64,000 nt of DNA. It comes from Candidatus Dojkabacteria bacterium (GTDB taxonomy: Bacteria; Patescibacteriota; Dojkabacteria; B142; OLB20). Positions 8,902-19,006 of this stretch are shown here, in pieces. Position numbers and translations under genes: made by a program. Below the pieces are notes generated by a model, which was not told where the DNA came from, did no database searches, and saw nothing but the letters and a program-made list of their open reading frames with translations. Positions within the stretch are counted from its first letter, which is position 1. Every line of letters begins with the position of its first letter. The stretch is taken from assembly GCA_030583785.1 (NCBI GenBank), contig CP129475.1, positions 699,188-763,187 on the forward strand. Direction: 5' to 3'.

Positions 8902-11900
8902 ATGAAGAATCAACCAATTGAGCGGCTTAATCTTGCTGCAGAAGAGCTATCCACCTTATCTCCAAACCTGATAGAAGCACATCTGGCTTCTTTTCGCGAC
9001 CTGATGAACGAGGGTATCTACGAAGTCTTCGAAGAAGTTAATCCAATTAGTGACTACACAGGTGAATCCTGGGAACTCAGATTTGAAGAGCTTGAATGGG
9101 GAGAAGACAATATGAATATGATGGCAGCTCTAAAGCTAGGGCTATCGTACGATCGTCCCCTCTATGTAAATACTAAACTAATCAATAAGAAAACCGGAGA
9201 AATCAAAAAGCAAAAGCTTTTTGTAGCAGATGTTCCTATGATGAGTGACTTGGGTACATTTGCTATCAATGGTCACGAAAGAGTAGTTGTTATGCAAGTT
9301 GTCCGTGCAGAAGGAATCCTTTTCTTCGAGACAAAAGCAACCGGCACAAAACAGCCCCTTTATGCTGTAAAGCTTATGCCTTTAAGAGGCAGATGGTTCG
9401 ACTTTGAGGTAAACAAACACGGACTTATGTCAGTTAAGCTTGTGGATAAAAGACCAAGAATCCTCCTCACAACACTGCTCAGAGCACTTGGTTACTCTTC
9501 TGATAGCGAGATTAGACATGTTGTAGGCAAAGTACAAGGAGAAACAGATTATCTGGAAAATACACTCAAAAAAGATGTAACAACAAACACAGACGAGGCT
9601 TTGCTCGAAATTTATCGAAAACTTAGACCAGAAGATTCTGTAAACATTGAAAATGCAAAAGAGTTTTTAGACAGCATCTTCTTCAACAAACGCAGATTTT
9701 ACTTAGGTAAGATTGGAAGATATCAGCTCAATAAAAAGCTTGGTAACGACAAGCCTTTCGGAGTAGAAGACTATGTCTTACATAAAGAAGACTTGGTCCA
9801 CATAGTGCGAGCGCTTATAGAACTGAATAACGGAATTAAACAGGTAGACGACATCGACACTCTCGCAAACAGAAGGGCAAGAGGTGTCGGAGAGCTTATC
9901 GGAGAAAGAATTAGAATGGGTGTCCTAAGAATGGAAAAAAACATTCGCGACAGAATGAGCACCTACGGATCAGAAGATCTTGTAACTCCTTCTCTTTTGG
10001 TAAACACAAAACCAGTAATTGCGGCAATTAATCAATTCTTCGGTAGTAGTCCTGTTAGTAGATACATGGATCAGGAAAACATTCTTTCTGAGCTTGAAAC
10101 AAAAAGGCGTATCACTGCCGGCGGTCCTAGAGGGCTTACCAAAGAAAGAGCTACTTTCTCTGTGCGTGATGTTCATAGTTCACATTATTCAAAACTATGT
10201 CCGGTTACTACACCAGAAGGTCCTTCAATCGGTATTGTTTCGCACATGGCAGTTTATGCCAGAATTAACGATTTCGGTTTTCTAGAAGCACCATATTACC
10301 GTGTTTTAAGCAATATCAATCTTGACGACCAGAAGTTAAACAAAGAATGGTTAGTTGGTACCAAAACAAGAGAAGATGTTGTTGATGCAGCCGGAAAAGT
10401 AGTGGTTAAGCAGGGAACGGTGCTCAAAAAAGCAGATATTGAAAAAATTGAAAAAGCTAAAATTCGCACATTTAAAGTTGAACCAACTGCAACAAAGAAC
10501 GCAGTTTATCTTGATGCAGATGAAGAAAGACAATTTAGAATAGGTCCTGCCAGCGTTCAGGTAGGCAAAGATGGAGCTTTGGCTTCAGAAAATGTCTTTG
10601 TACGCCACCTTGGTGGTTACCGCAAAGTTCCAACAACAGAACTTGATTTTATCGACATCAATCCAGGCCAAATTGCAGGACTTGGTTTGTCGCTTGTGCC
10701 ATTTGGTTATAACGACGACCCTACTAGAACACTGATGGCTGCAAACATGCAGAGACAAGCAGTTCCACTACTTAGACCAAAGGCTCCTATTGTAGGAACG
10801 GGCTACGAAGCAGTGGTTGCAAAAGCTTCTGGTAGAACAGTTTTTGCTAAGGAAGACGGAGAGGTTCTAGAAAGCGATGCTGCGAAAGTAACAGTTCAAT
10901 ACAAGGATAAATCGAAAGAACAGATTGAACTGGTTCGCTTCCATAAAACAAACCAGAATACATCGTTCTCGCAAACACTAAAGGTTACAAAAGGAGACAA
11001 GTTTAAGAAGGGCGATATTTTAATTGATGGACCTTCAACCGAAAACGGAGAGTTGGCGCTGGGTATAAACCTTACAGCCGCCTACATGGTTTACGAAGGT
11101 TACAACTATGAAGACGCAATTGTCATTTCAGAAAGACTTGTTAAAGAAGATGTCTTAACTTCTGTTCATGTTAAAGAGTATGTACAAGATATCCGCGAAA
11201 CAAAACTTGGAAACGAGCAGATTACCAGAGACATTCCAAATGTCGGAGAGTATGCACTTAGAAACCTTGACGACGAAGGAATAGTTAGAGTTGGAGCAGC
11301 AGTTGAATCCCAAGATATTTTGGTTGGTATCATCGCTCCAAAAGGAGAAACAGAGCTTACCGCAGAAGAAAAGCTTTTAAGAGCAATCTTCGGAGAATAC
11401 GCCAGAGATGTTCGAGACAACTCTCTAAGGCTTCCCCATGGAGACAAGGGTATTGTTATTGCGGTTCAAGTTTTGGACAAAGTTAAAGGAGACAAGCTTA
11501 ATCCAGGAGTGCTAAAACAAGTTAAGGTTTGGATCGCTAGAACATCAAAGATCTCTGTCGGAGACAAATTGACCGGAATCCACGGAGACAAAGGTGTTAT
11601 TTCGAAAATCCTTCCAGAAGAAGAGATGCCATACATGGCAGACGGTACTCCAATCGACATCATTCTTTCACCGATGTTTGTAAAAAGAATGAATCTTGGT
11701 CAGATTCGTGAAATGGAAACAGCCGCTCTTGCTAAGAAACTTGGAATTCGAGTTACTGTTCCACCTTTTGCAAAATTGGATATGGGCAAACTCGAAAAAC
11801 TGGCAAAAGAAAAGAAGGTTGACTACACAGCAAAACAACAGTTATACGATGGTAGAACAGGACTTCCATTCGATCAAGAAGTGCTAGTCGGTCCAAGATA

Positions 11901-12393
11901 TTACCTAAAACTAAATCATCTTGCTTCAGATAAACTGCATGCCAGGTCTACTGGAAGCTACACAATGGTTACACAACAACCTCTTGGCGGAAAAGCACAA
12001 TTCGGAGGACAGAGATTTGGAGAAATGGAAGTTTGGGCACTAGAAGCACATTCTGCTGTTCATAACCTTCAGGAAATGCTGACAATTAAATCAGACGATG
12101 TTGTTGGAAGGGCTTCGGCATATAAGTCGATTATTCAGGGAATTCCTTTTGAAGCACCAAATATTCCTGAGTCGTTCAAAGTCTTTATCTCTGAAATGCG
12201 AGCTTTGGCAATGAGTCTAGAGCTTATAGGTAAAGAAGACGACGAAAAAGATGATGCAGAGCTTATCGAAGGTGTTGTAGACGAAATGACAGAAAACGCA
12301 CCCGTAGAGAGTGAAAGCGAGCTTGAGGCAGTAGAGGATCTCGAAATTAAAGATGATCCAGATGCCGACCAAGCAGCAGTCGATGAATCTTAA
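8902..12393 (+). CDS. rpoB: DNA-directed RNA polymerase subunit beta
   Basis: The beta subunit is collinear throughout (…GHERVVVMQVVRAEG…, …NMQRQAVPL…, …GDKLTGIHGDKGVISKI…, …GGQRFGEMEVWALEAHSA…). I placed the start at MKNQPIERLN (ATG 8902) rather than the upstream in-frame ATG. The C-terminal ~60 aa are strongly acidic. Confidence 0.95.
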   Translation: MKNQPIERLNLAAEELSTLSPNLIEAHLASFRDLMNEGIYEVFEEVNPISDYTGESWELRFEELEWGEDNMNMMAALKLGLSYDRPLYVNTKLINKKTGEIKKQKLFVADVPMMSDLGTFAINGHERVVVMQVVRAEGILFFETKATGTKQPLYAVKLMPLRGRWFDFEVNKHGLMSVKLVDKRPRILLTTLLRALGYSSDSEIRHVVGKVQGETDYLENTLKKDVTTNTDEALLEIYRKLRPEDSVNIENAKEFLDSIFFNKRRFYLGKIGRYQLNKKLGNDKPFGVEDYVLHKEDLVHIVRALIELNNGIKQVDDIDTLANRRARGVGELIGERIRMGVLRMEKNIRDRMSTYGSEDLVTPSLLVNTKPVIAAINQFFGSSPVSRYMDQENILSELETKRRITAGGPRGLTKERATFSVRDVHSSHYSKLCPVTTPEGPSIGIVSHMAVYARINDFGFLEAPYYRVLSNINLDDQKLNKEWLVGTKTREDVVDAAGKVVVKQGTVLKKADIEKIEKAKIRTFKVEPTATKNAVYLDADEERQFRIGPASVQVGKDGALASENVFVRHLGGYRKVPTTELDFIDINPGQIAGLGLSLVPFGYNDDPTRTLMAANMQRQAVPLLRPKAPIVGTGYEAVVAKASGRTVFAKEDGEVLESDAAKVTVQYKDKSKEQIELVRFHKTNQNTSFSQTLKVTKGDKFKKGDILIDGPSTENGELALGINLTAAYMVYEGYNYEDAIVISERLVKEDVLTSVHVKEYVQDIRETKLGNEQITRDIPNVGEYALRNLDDEGIVRVGAAVESQDILVGIIAPKGETELTAEEKLLRAIFGEYARDVRDNSLRLPHGDKGIVIAVQVLDKVKGDKLNPGVLKQVKVWIARTSKISVGDKLTGIHGDKGVISKILPEEEMPYMADGTPIDIILSPMFVKRMNLGQIREMETAALAKKLGIRVTVPPFAKLDMGKLEKLAKEKKVDYTAKQQLYDGRTGLPFDQEVLVGPRYYLKLNHLASDKLHARSTGSYTMVTQQPLGGKAQFGGQRFGEMEVWALEAHSAVHNLQEMLTIKSDDVVGRASAYKSIIQGIPFEAPNIPESFKVFISEMRALAMSLELIGKEDDEKDDAELIEGVVDEMTENAPVESESELEAVEDLEIKDDPDADQAAVDES

Positions 12394-12436
12394 TGCACGC
12401 TGATAGTTTTATTTACATTTATTTATAGGCAAAATA

Positions 12437-15400
12437 ATGATAAGAGATTTTAAAGCGCTAAAAATTGCAGTTGCCTCACCCCAGCAAATTCTAAGTTGGT
12501 CATTTGGAGAGGTAAAAAAGGCCGAAACAATAAACTATCGAACCCATCGTGCAGAGGTTGATGGTTTAATGGATGAAAAAATCTTTGGTCCAACCAAAAA
12601 TTTTGAATGTTACTGCGGTAAATACAAAAAGATCAGATATAAGGGAATAGTTTGTGACAAGTGCGGAGTTGAAGTTACTCATAAAAGAGTAAGAAGAGAA
12701 AGACTAGGACACATCAAACTTGCTTCTCCTGTAACTCATGTTTGGTTCTCTTATGGGGTCCCGAATAAACTTTCTCTGATTCTTGGTATTCCACAGAAAA
12801 AACTGGAAACTGTTATTTACTTTGCTAGGTATCTTGTCACCGAGGTCGATCAAGATCGAAAAAGCGAAGTCCTGGCTTCTATTAAGGCACGAAAAGACGA
12901 AGAGTTGCTTCAGATAAAAGATGAATTGAAAGGAAGACTAGACGAAATTAAGCTCCAGTTTAAAGAAAAAGCTGCTGCTGCAAGAAAAGAAGTTAAAGAC
13001 AAAAAGAAGTTGGACTTCCAGTTAGACAGACTGACTAACGACGAGAAGAAAGAAATTGCAAAGATAAAATCTGTTTATGCCAAAAAAGAGGAAGCAGCCA
13101 AGAATAAATATAATCAAATAATTACTTTGGTAGACGGAATGGAAAGAGGGACAACTCTTTCAGAAGATGATTATGCAGAACTTCTAGACTATGACACAGA
13201 TTATTTTGAGGCAGGTATGGGAGCAGAAGCAGTTAAAAAAGTGCTTGCCACAATTGATCCTGTTGTTGAAGAGCAGAAACTTAAGGAGGAGAAAGAAAAG
13301 ACAAAGTCTGTTCTTAAATTGCGCAAAATTGTACAAAGGCTACGCATGTTTGAAGGTATGATCAAGTCCGGAATCGATCCAACCTGGTTGGTACTCGAGG
13401 TTCTACCCGTAATACCACCAGACCTTAGACCGATTATTCAGCTGCCTGGTGGAAGGTTTGCAACATCAGACCTTAACGATTTGTACAGAAGAGTTATTAA
13501 TAGAAACAATCGTCTGAAAAGGCTTATCGATCTTGGTGCACCAGAAATAATTCTCCGCAACGAAAAAAGAATGTTGCAAGAGGCCGTAGATGCACTTATC
13601 GATAATGATCACAGACCAGGTAATGCCGTACAAAATACCAGAGGTCAGCCCTATAAATCTTTATCGGATATGTTAAGAGGTAAGCAGGGTAGATTTAGAC
13701 AGAATCTTCTTGGAAAACGAGTTGATTACTCTGGAAGGTCGGTTATTGTCGCCGGTCCAGATCTTAACATTAACGAATGCGGTCTTCCAAAAACAATGGC
13801 ACTAGAGCTTTTCAAGCCTTTTGTCATGCGTGAAATAATCATGGATGGACTTGCTCCAAATGTTAAATCAGCAAAACACTTCTTTGAATCAAGATCGCAC
13901 GAAGTATGGGATATGCTTGAGCGTGTAATTAAAGATAGACCTGTTCTGCTTAATCGTGCTCCAACCTTGCACAAACAAGGTATTCAAGCATTCTTCCCTG
14001 TTCTTGTAGAGGGAGATGCAATCAAGCTTCACCCAATGGTTTGTACAGGATTCAATGCTGACTTTGACGGAGACCAAATGGCTGTCCATGTTCCACTATC
14101 AGATAAGGCAGTAGAAGAAGCTAAAGAAAAAATGTTTACCAAATCGAATCTTCTGCTCATGGCAGACGGAAACCCAGTAGTTAATGTTGCAAAAGACATG
14201 GCTCTTGGAATCTACTACATGACTGGAATCGAGGAGCCAGCAGATGGACTAGTTAAATACTTTGCATCTTTCACAGAAGCTCTTGGCCGATTCGAGATGG
14301 AGGCACTTAAATTACGAGAAAGAATAAAAGTCCTTCATAACGGATCACTTCTTGAAACTTCGGTTGGAAGAATTCTTTTCAACGAAATAACTCCAGAAGG
14401 ATTCAGATATGTAAATAAGGAGCTCAACAAGTCAGATATGGCAAAGGTTTCTGCTGAAATCTTAGAAAAGTTCGGTCACGAAGCTGCCACAGATTTCCTT
14501 AACTCAGTTGAAGAATATGGATTCAAATTTGCAACTCAGTCTGGAATGACAGTTGGGATGGATGACTTCGTCATTAGTCCAAATAAAGATAAGTTGCTTG
14601 AAGAAGTAGAAAACAAAGACGATCAACTTACAAATGACTTTTATAGCGGACTTTTGACAGAGCAGGAAAGAAGAAGACTTTCTGAGCAAATGTGGATGGA
14701 ACTTATTGAAAAAGTTGGAGCTGACACCTGGGAAAATTACCAGAAAGATCCAAACAATCACCTAGTTACTCTACAAAACTCAGGAGCTGTTCCAGTACAA
14801 AACCCATTAAGACAGATTTCTGGTATTAGAGGATTGATTCTTGACCCTCTTGGAAACATTGTAGAATTGCCACTTAGGTCAAACTACAAACAGGGATTAA
14901 GTACTCTAGAGTATTTCGTTGCTGCTAGAGGAACCAGAAAGGGTCTTGCTGACACAGCTCTTAAAACAGCTGAATCAGGATATCTAACCAGAAGACTTGT
15001 TGATGTAGCACAAGATGTTATTACCAAAGAGTTTGACTGCGGCACAACCGAAGGATTCAGACTTCTAAGGTCTTCAAACAGAAGAATTGATTTTGTTGAT
15101 CGTATCAACGGTCGTTTCTTGGCAGAAGATGTTGTTGACACAAAGACGGGCGAAGTAATTGCAAAAGCCGGTGATGAGATTGTCCCAGAGCTTGCAAGAA
15201 AGATTGACGCTCTTGAACTTGACTCACTTCTGGTTCGTTCTGTATTGAACTGTAAGACGGAGCATGGTATTTGTCAGAAGTGCTATGGTTATAATCTAGG
15301 AACACGAACAGTGGCAGAGAAAGGCGTAGCTGTTGGAGTGATTGCAGCCCAGGCTATGGGAGAGGCAGCAACTCAGCTTACACTTAACACAAAGCACTTG

Positions 15401-16291
15401 GCCGGAAGAGCAGGTACCGACATTACCCAAGGTCTTCCAAGAGTCGAAGAATTGTTCGAAGCTAGAACGCCAAAAGCAAAGGCTATTATTTCTGAGGTAG
15501 ATGGTGTTGTTACAATCGTCAAAGACGATGCTAGTGTTCCTGTCTCAATCAAGGTTTCTGAGCACAAGAAACTTAATAAAATTTATGAGATCAAAGCAGA
15601 TGACACCACTCTAATTAAGCGATCCAAAAAAGTGAAGAAGGGAGAGATTCTACTCACCAGAGCTAATGGAGAAGCTGTGAAAGCCGAGATGGAAGGTCTG
15701 GCTAAAAGAGAAGAAGATAAGCTCATCTATACTGTAGATAAGGAGATCGAGGTTGAGTACGATCTTGGACCAAATGATATAATCGATGTCGAAGACGGAG
15801 ACAATGTCATTCGAGGAACAGCTCTTACTCTAGGATCTAAAGATCCTAAGGAAATTATGGAGTTCGTAGATATCGATGAAACCCAAAGATATCTAATCGA
15901 TAATATCCAAGAAACCTATGGTATTCAAGGAATCGGAATTGATGACAAACATGTTGAAGTTGTCGTTAGACAAATGTTTAGATTCAGTAAGATTATCGAT
16001 TCTGGAGATACAGAATACCTGCCAGGTGATTACATTGATCACTCAAGGCTGGCCAAGGAAAACGCTGTTCTTAAAGAGGCCGGAAAAGACCCTGCAGTTG
16101 GTGTAAGACAGCTATTAGGTATTACAACGGCATCAATTAAGACAGAAAGTTTCTTGTCTGCTTCTTCGTTCCAGGAACAAGTCAGGGTATTATCAGATGC
16201 AGCACTTGTTGGAAAGGTCGATGAATTGAGAGGATTGAAAGAAAATGTTATAATTGGGCGTACAGTTCCCCTAGGGAGCGAAGTCCGATAA
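12437..16291 (+). CDS. rpoC: DNA-directed RNA polymerase subunit beta'
   Basis: Zn finger [23 protein letters not shown], the [14 protein letters not shown] catalytic motif, and a C-terminal trigger loop/clamp. There is a K/E-rich coiled-coil insertion at about aa 130-300. Confidence 0.95.
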   Translation: MIRDFKALKIAVASPQQILSWSFGEVKKAETINYRTHRAEVDGLMDEKIFGPTKNFECYCGKYKKIRYKGIVCDKCGVEVTHKRVRRERLGHIKLASPVTHVWFSYGVPNKLSLILGIPQKKLETVIYFARYLVTEVDQDRKSEVLASIKARKDEELLQIKDELKGRLDEIKLQFKEKAAAARKEVKDKKKLDFQLDRLTNDEKKEIAKIKSVYAKKEEAAKNKYNQIITLVDGMERGTTLSEDDYAELLDYDTDYFEAGMGAEAVKKVLATIDPVVEEQKLKEEKEKTKSVLKLRKIVQRLRMFEGMIKSGIDPTWLVLEVLPVIPPDLRPIIQLPGGRFATSDLNDLYRRVINRNNRLKRLIDLGAPEIILRNEKRMLQEAVDALIDNDHRPGNAVQNTRGQPYKSLSDMLRGKQGRFRQNLLGKRVDYSGRSVIVAGPDLNINECGLPKTMALELFKPFVMREIIMDGLAPNVKSAKHFFESRSHEVWDMLERVIKDRPVLLNRAPTLHKQGIQAFFPVLVEGDAIKLHPMVCTGFNADFDGDQMAVHVPLSDKAVEEAKEKMFTKSNLLLMADGNPVVNVAKDMALGIYYMTGIEEPADGLVKYFASFTEALGRFEMEALKLRERIKVLHNGSLLETSVGRILFNEITPEGFRYVNKELNKSDMAKVSAEILEKFGHEAATDFLNSVEEYGFKFATQSGMTVGMDDFVISPNKDKLLEEVENKDDQLTNDFYSGLLTEQERRRLSEQMWMELIEKVGADTWENYQKDPNNHLVTLQNSGAVPVQNPLRQISGIRGLILDPLGNIVELPLRSNYKQGLSTLEYFVAARGTRKGLADTALKTAESGYLTRRLVDVAQDVITKEFDCGTTEGFRLLRSSNRRIDFVDRINGRFLAEDVVDTKTGEVIAKAGDEIVPELARKIDALELDSLLVRSVLNCKTEHGICQKCYGYNLGTRTVAEKGVAVGVIAAQAMGEAATQLTLNTKHLAGRAGTDITQGLPRVEELFEARTPKAKAIISEVDGVVTIVKDDASVPVSIKVSEHKKLNKIYEIKADDTTLIKRSKKVKKGEILLTRANGEAVKAEMEGLAKREEDKLIYTVDKEIEVEYDLGPNDIIDVEDGDNVIRGTALTLGSKDPKEIMEFVDIDETQRYLIDNIQETYGIQGIGIDDKHVEVVVRQMFRFSKIIDSGDTEYLPGDYIDHSRLAKENAVLKEAGKDPAVGVRQLLGITTASIKTESFLSASSFQEQVRVLSDAALVGKVDELRGLKENVIIGRTVPLGSEVR

Positions 16292-16322
16292 GATTTTTAT
16301 TTATAAAAGATAACGCGTAGAT

Positions 16323-16775
16323 ATGGCACGCATTTCACAAATAGTTAGAAAAGGCCGTAACTCAAAGCGGGGAACCATTAAGTTCAAAGGGTTAGAATTC
16401 AGCGCCACAACAAAATACAAGGCACTGCAGTTCAACTATAACAGCATAAAGAATAGGTTCACCAAGCGTTACAACCCGTTTAAGAGGGGAGTTTGTCTGG
16501 CAGTTTTTACCAGAACCCCTCGTAAGCCAAACTCTGCTTTGCGTAAGGTTGCAAAAGTAAGACTTTCGAATAAGCAAGAGGTTACAGCTTACATCCCGGG
16601 AGAAGGCCATAACCTGCAAGAGCACTCAGTGGTGTTGCTAAAAGCAGGCAGAAGGCCCGACCTTCCAGGAGTCAGGTATCAGGTTGTTCGTGGAGTTTAC
16701 GATACTGCAGGCGTCGATGGACGAAGGCAGGCACGCTCTAAATATGGAGCAAAGAGACCAAAAAATAAGAGTTAA
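16323..16775 (+). CDS. rpsL: 30S ribosomal protein S12, carrying an insertion of roughly 22-25 aa near the N-terminus
   Basis: [53 protein letters not shown]...[10 protein letters not shown] is canonical S12. The extra segment [37 protein letters not shown] lies between the N-terminus and KRGVC. Confidence 0.9.
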   Translation: MARISQIVRKGRNSKRGTIKFKGLEFSATTKYKALQFNYNSIKNRFTKRYNPFKRGVCLAVFTRTPRKPNSALRKVAKVRLSNKQEVTAYIPGEGHNLQEHSVVLLKAGRRPDLPGVRYQVVRGVYDTAGVDGRRQARSKYGAKRPKNKS

Positions 16776-16855
16776 GCACAACCCGAAATAATATTTGGGT
16801 AGTATCTGCCCTGGCAATCAGGGAATAACAGAGAAGTGATGTACTGATATTAAAA

Positions 16856-16899
16856 ACCTGTACAATCACTGTGCAGGTTTTTTAATTTTTAGAATAATT
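16856..16899 (+). promoter_or_regulatory. hairpin ACCTGTACA-atcac-TGTGCAGGT followed by TTTTTTAATTTTT between rpsL and rpsG
   Basis: I read an 8-9 bp stem (one G-U pair) plus a T-run in the 126-bp rpsL-rpsG spacer. Confidence 0.3.
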
Positions 16900-16901
16900 T
16901 A

Positions 16902-17372
16902 ATGAGAGGAAAGCAAGCCCGCAAAAGGGAAATCAAACCAGACGGCGTTTACGGCAGTGTTCTGGTTACAAAGTTCGTTAATTATCTAATGCTTGACGGT
17001 AAAAAAACAGCTGCCGAAAAAATTATGTACCAGGCATTAGAGTCTCTTGCAGAAAAAACAAAAATGAGACCTCTTGAGGCTTTGGATATTGCAATTAATA
17101 ATGTAAAACCAAAAATCGAGGTCAGATCCAGAAGAGTCGGAGGAGCAAACTATCAGGTTCCGGTTCCTGTATCAGAAGAAAGACAACTTGCGTTAGCACT
17201 TCGCTGGATTGTAGCTGCATGTAGAGATAGCCGTGGTAGTAAGACCACTGCTGAAAGACTTGCAGAAGAGCTACTAGCTGCTACAAAAAGAGAAGGTACA
17301 GCATACAAGAAAAGAGAAGACACAGTCAAAATGGCAGAAGCAAACAAAGCATTCAGCCATTTATCTTGGTAA
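16902..17372 (+). CDS. rpsG: 30S ribosomal protein S7
   Basis: MRGKQARKREIKPDGVYGSVLVTKFVNYLMLDGKKTAAEKI...VRSRRVGGANYQVPVPV...TAYKKREDTVKMAEANKAF is canonical S7. Confidence 0.95.
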   Translation: MRGKQARKREIKPDGVYGSVLVTKFVNYLMLDGKKTAAEKIMYQALESLAEKTKMRPLEALDIAINNVKPKIEVRSRRVGGANYQVPVPVSEERQLALALRWIVAACRDSRGSKTTAERLAEELLAATKREGTAYKKREDTVKMAEANKAFSHLSW

Positions 17373-17392
17373 GATTGTTTGTTTGTTAAGCC

Positions 17393-17431
17393 TAAAAGGT
17401 GTAGAAATTTCTTCTACACCTTTTTATATGG
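17393..17431 (+). terminator. rho-independent terminator after rpsG (may act in both directions)
   Basis: AAAAGGTGTAGAA-atttc-TTCTACACCTTTT is a perfect 13-bp stem, followed by TTTTATAT. No fusA or tuf follows on this strand. Confidence 0.6.
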
Positions 17432-17888
17432 TAAGGGTTATATCCATGAGAACCTGATCTGCAAGTGCAACATCTTTCTCAAAGATATCAAGCAGGTTTG
17501 TAGGACGAATCACCGTTGTTCTGCTGGACCAGTCTGTTAAGCCTAGTAGCTTTGTAATTAGTAGAGCTTGTTCGTATAGCTTTGGTATACAGTATATTTG
17601 TCTAATTAATGAATTGTTTGGGTTGTTTGGTTTGAAGACGCTGTCGTTTTCTACGGCGATTTCTAGCTCTCGTTTTAATCTTCTTGGATCAGAAGCATAT
17701 TCTAGATAAAGATAGATATATCCGTTTAATTTAGAGGCAATTTTATGTTCAGTAGTTAGATCGTCAAGTAGTTGTTGAATTTGTGAACCAATCTTTTTGC
17801 GATATCTACGCTCGGTTTGATGATCATGAAAATGAAGTCTGCAAAGTAAACTGGAACTTGATATATGAGTCTGAACAGAGAACTGCAT
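17424..17888 (-). CDS. hypothetical protein (154 aa)
   Basis: ORF only; no motif recognised. Confidence 0.3.
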   Translation of the reverse strand: MQFSVQTHISSSSLLCRLHFHDHQTERRYRKKIGSQIQQLLDDLTTEHKIASKLNGYIYLYLEYASDPRRLKRELEIAVENDSVFKPNNPNNSLIRQIYCIPKLYEQALLITKLLGLTDWSSRTTVIRPTNLLDIFEKDVALADQVLMDITLTI

Positions 17889-17951
17889 TTGTGTGCATAT
17901 TTATGTATCGACTTCAGTATACACTTGTATCTAGATTCGAATAAAGAGCAC

Positions 17952-18272
17952 TTATACCCTTGCTTCTATTTGCTGTACCTGTACAAGTTCTTGTTTGGCT
18001 TTGTTTCCGATGGGGTTAAAGATACATATCTCTTTTTCTGCAATTAAAATAGCATCTCTAATGGAATCGGTTTCGATAAAACTGAAATGAGTTGCCTTGC
18101 TAGAACCTTTTGTGCGGATTTCTTTACGGAGCCTGTCTTTGAGCATGCCTTCGTGTGCAACGCCTATTTTAATAATTGGTAGAACCGTGTTGTTGTGAAG
18201 ATAGTAGACACAAGCTTTGGTTGAAGAAATATTTAAAACTTCTATAAAGCGGAGAGGAGTAATGAAATTCAT
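17952..18272 (-). CDS. small GIY-YIG-like nuclease-domain protein (tentative)
   Basis: CVYYLHNN..IIKIGVAHEGMLKDRLRKE...IAEKEICIFNPIGNK loosely fits the GIY..YIG..R..E..N pattern of URI-domain proteins of about 90-110 aa. Confidence 0.35.
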   Translation of the reverse strand: MNFITPLRFIEVLNISSTKACVYYLHNNTVLPIIKIGVAHEGMLKDRLRKEIRTKGSSKATHFSFIETDSIRDAILIAEKEICIFNPIGNKAKQELVQVQQIEARV

Positions 18273-18331
18273 GACGGTTGTTTAATAGTATACCTAGTAT
18301 ACCAAAGAGGTTTGAATTTGTATACCCTGCG

Positions 18332-18706
18332 TCAACTTTTCTGTCTTTTTTTTAAATCTGCTGCTGTGAGAATTTCTTCTAGCTCCAGTTTAAGCGTATT
18401 GCTATCAGCATCAAGTAGGGTGTTGTAGGCAATTATTACCATTTCAAACTCGCTGTGAAGAGATGGAAGTTGTTCTTTTACTATTGTCCTGAGAATTCTT
18501 TTAGCAGTATTTCTTTGCACTGCTGTGCCAGTTTTTTTGCTGGCAACAATGCCAAAGCGTGGTAGAGCTGTGATCCCTTCTTTTGGAGACAGTTTTACAT
18601 GTTTTCTAATATAGGCGCGAAAGAACCTTGTTTTGTAGCATTTCCCTTGCTTATAAACTCTATCAAAATCGGCTGTTGTTCTAAGTCTGTGAGGTTTTGC
18701 CAGCAT
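18332..18706 (-). CDS. rnpA: ribonuclease P protein component
   Basis: LAKPHRLRTTADFDRVYKQGK...RFGIVASKKTGTAVQRNTAKRILR carries the RNR motif. It lies directly downstream of rpmH. Confidence 0.9.
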   Translation of the reverse strand: MLAKPHRLRTTADFDRVYKQGKCYKTRFFRAYIRKHVKLSPKEGITALPRFGIVASKKTGTAVQRNTAKRILRTIVKEQLPSLHSEFEMVIIAYNTLLDADSNTLKLELEEILTAADLKKRQKS

Positions 18707-18892
18707 CTAGCGGCTTCGTGAAATACGCTTTTTCTTGTCGCTTCGTATCTCGTCTGATACTGTAAGGTCTAGGCGAGATTTACTTCTTCTTGATTTAAGC
18801 ACTCTTCTGCCTCCGACTGATTCCATTCTAGCTCGAAATCCGTGCTTTCTAAGTCTTTTTAATTTTTTTGGTTGATATGTTCTTTTAGGCAT
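18707..18892 (-). CDS. rpmH: 50S ribosomal protein L34, with a C-terminal extension of about 15 aa
   Basis: [41 protein letters not shown] took the start at the internal ATG. Its stop abuts the rnpA start. Confidence 0.85.
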   Translation of the reverse strand: MPKRTYQPKKLKRLRKHGFRARMESVGGRRVLKSRRSKSRLDLTVSDEIRSDKKKRISRSR

Positions 18893-19006
18893 AGCGAGGT
18901 AATTGTACCACACCAAAGCCGTTTCTGCGAACACTCTTTGCATTAATTATGTAAAAAAATCGCTTGAATAGTATTTGCCTCATTCATTCTGCTACAATTA
19001 ATAGCT

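Noticed and set aside
9771-15567. Numerous 60-100-aa antisense ORFs inside rpoB and rpoC (for example 9771-9962, 11166-11447, 13726-13974, 14504-14761)
   Set aside because: They lie entirely within highly conserved RNA polymerase coding sequence on the opposite strand, with no support. They are typical spurious antisense ORFs.
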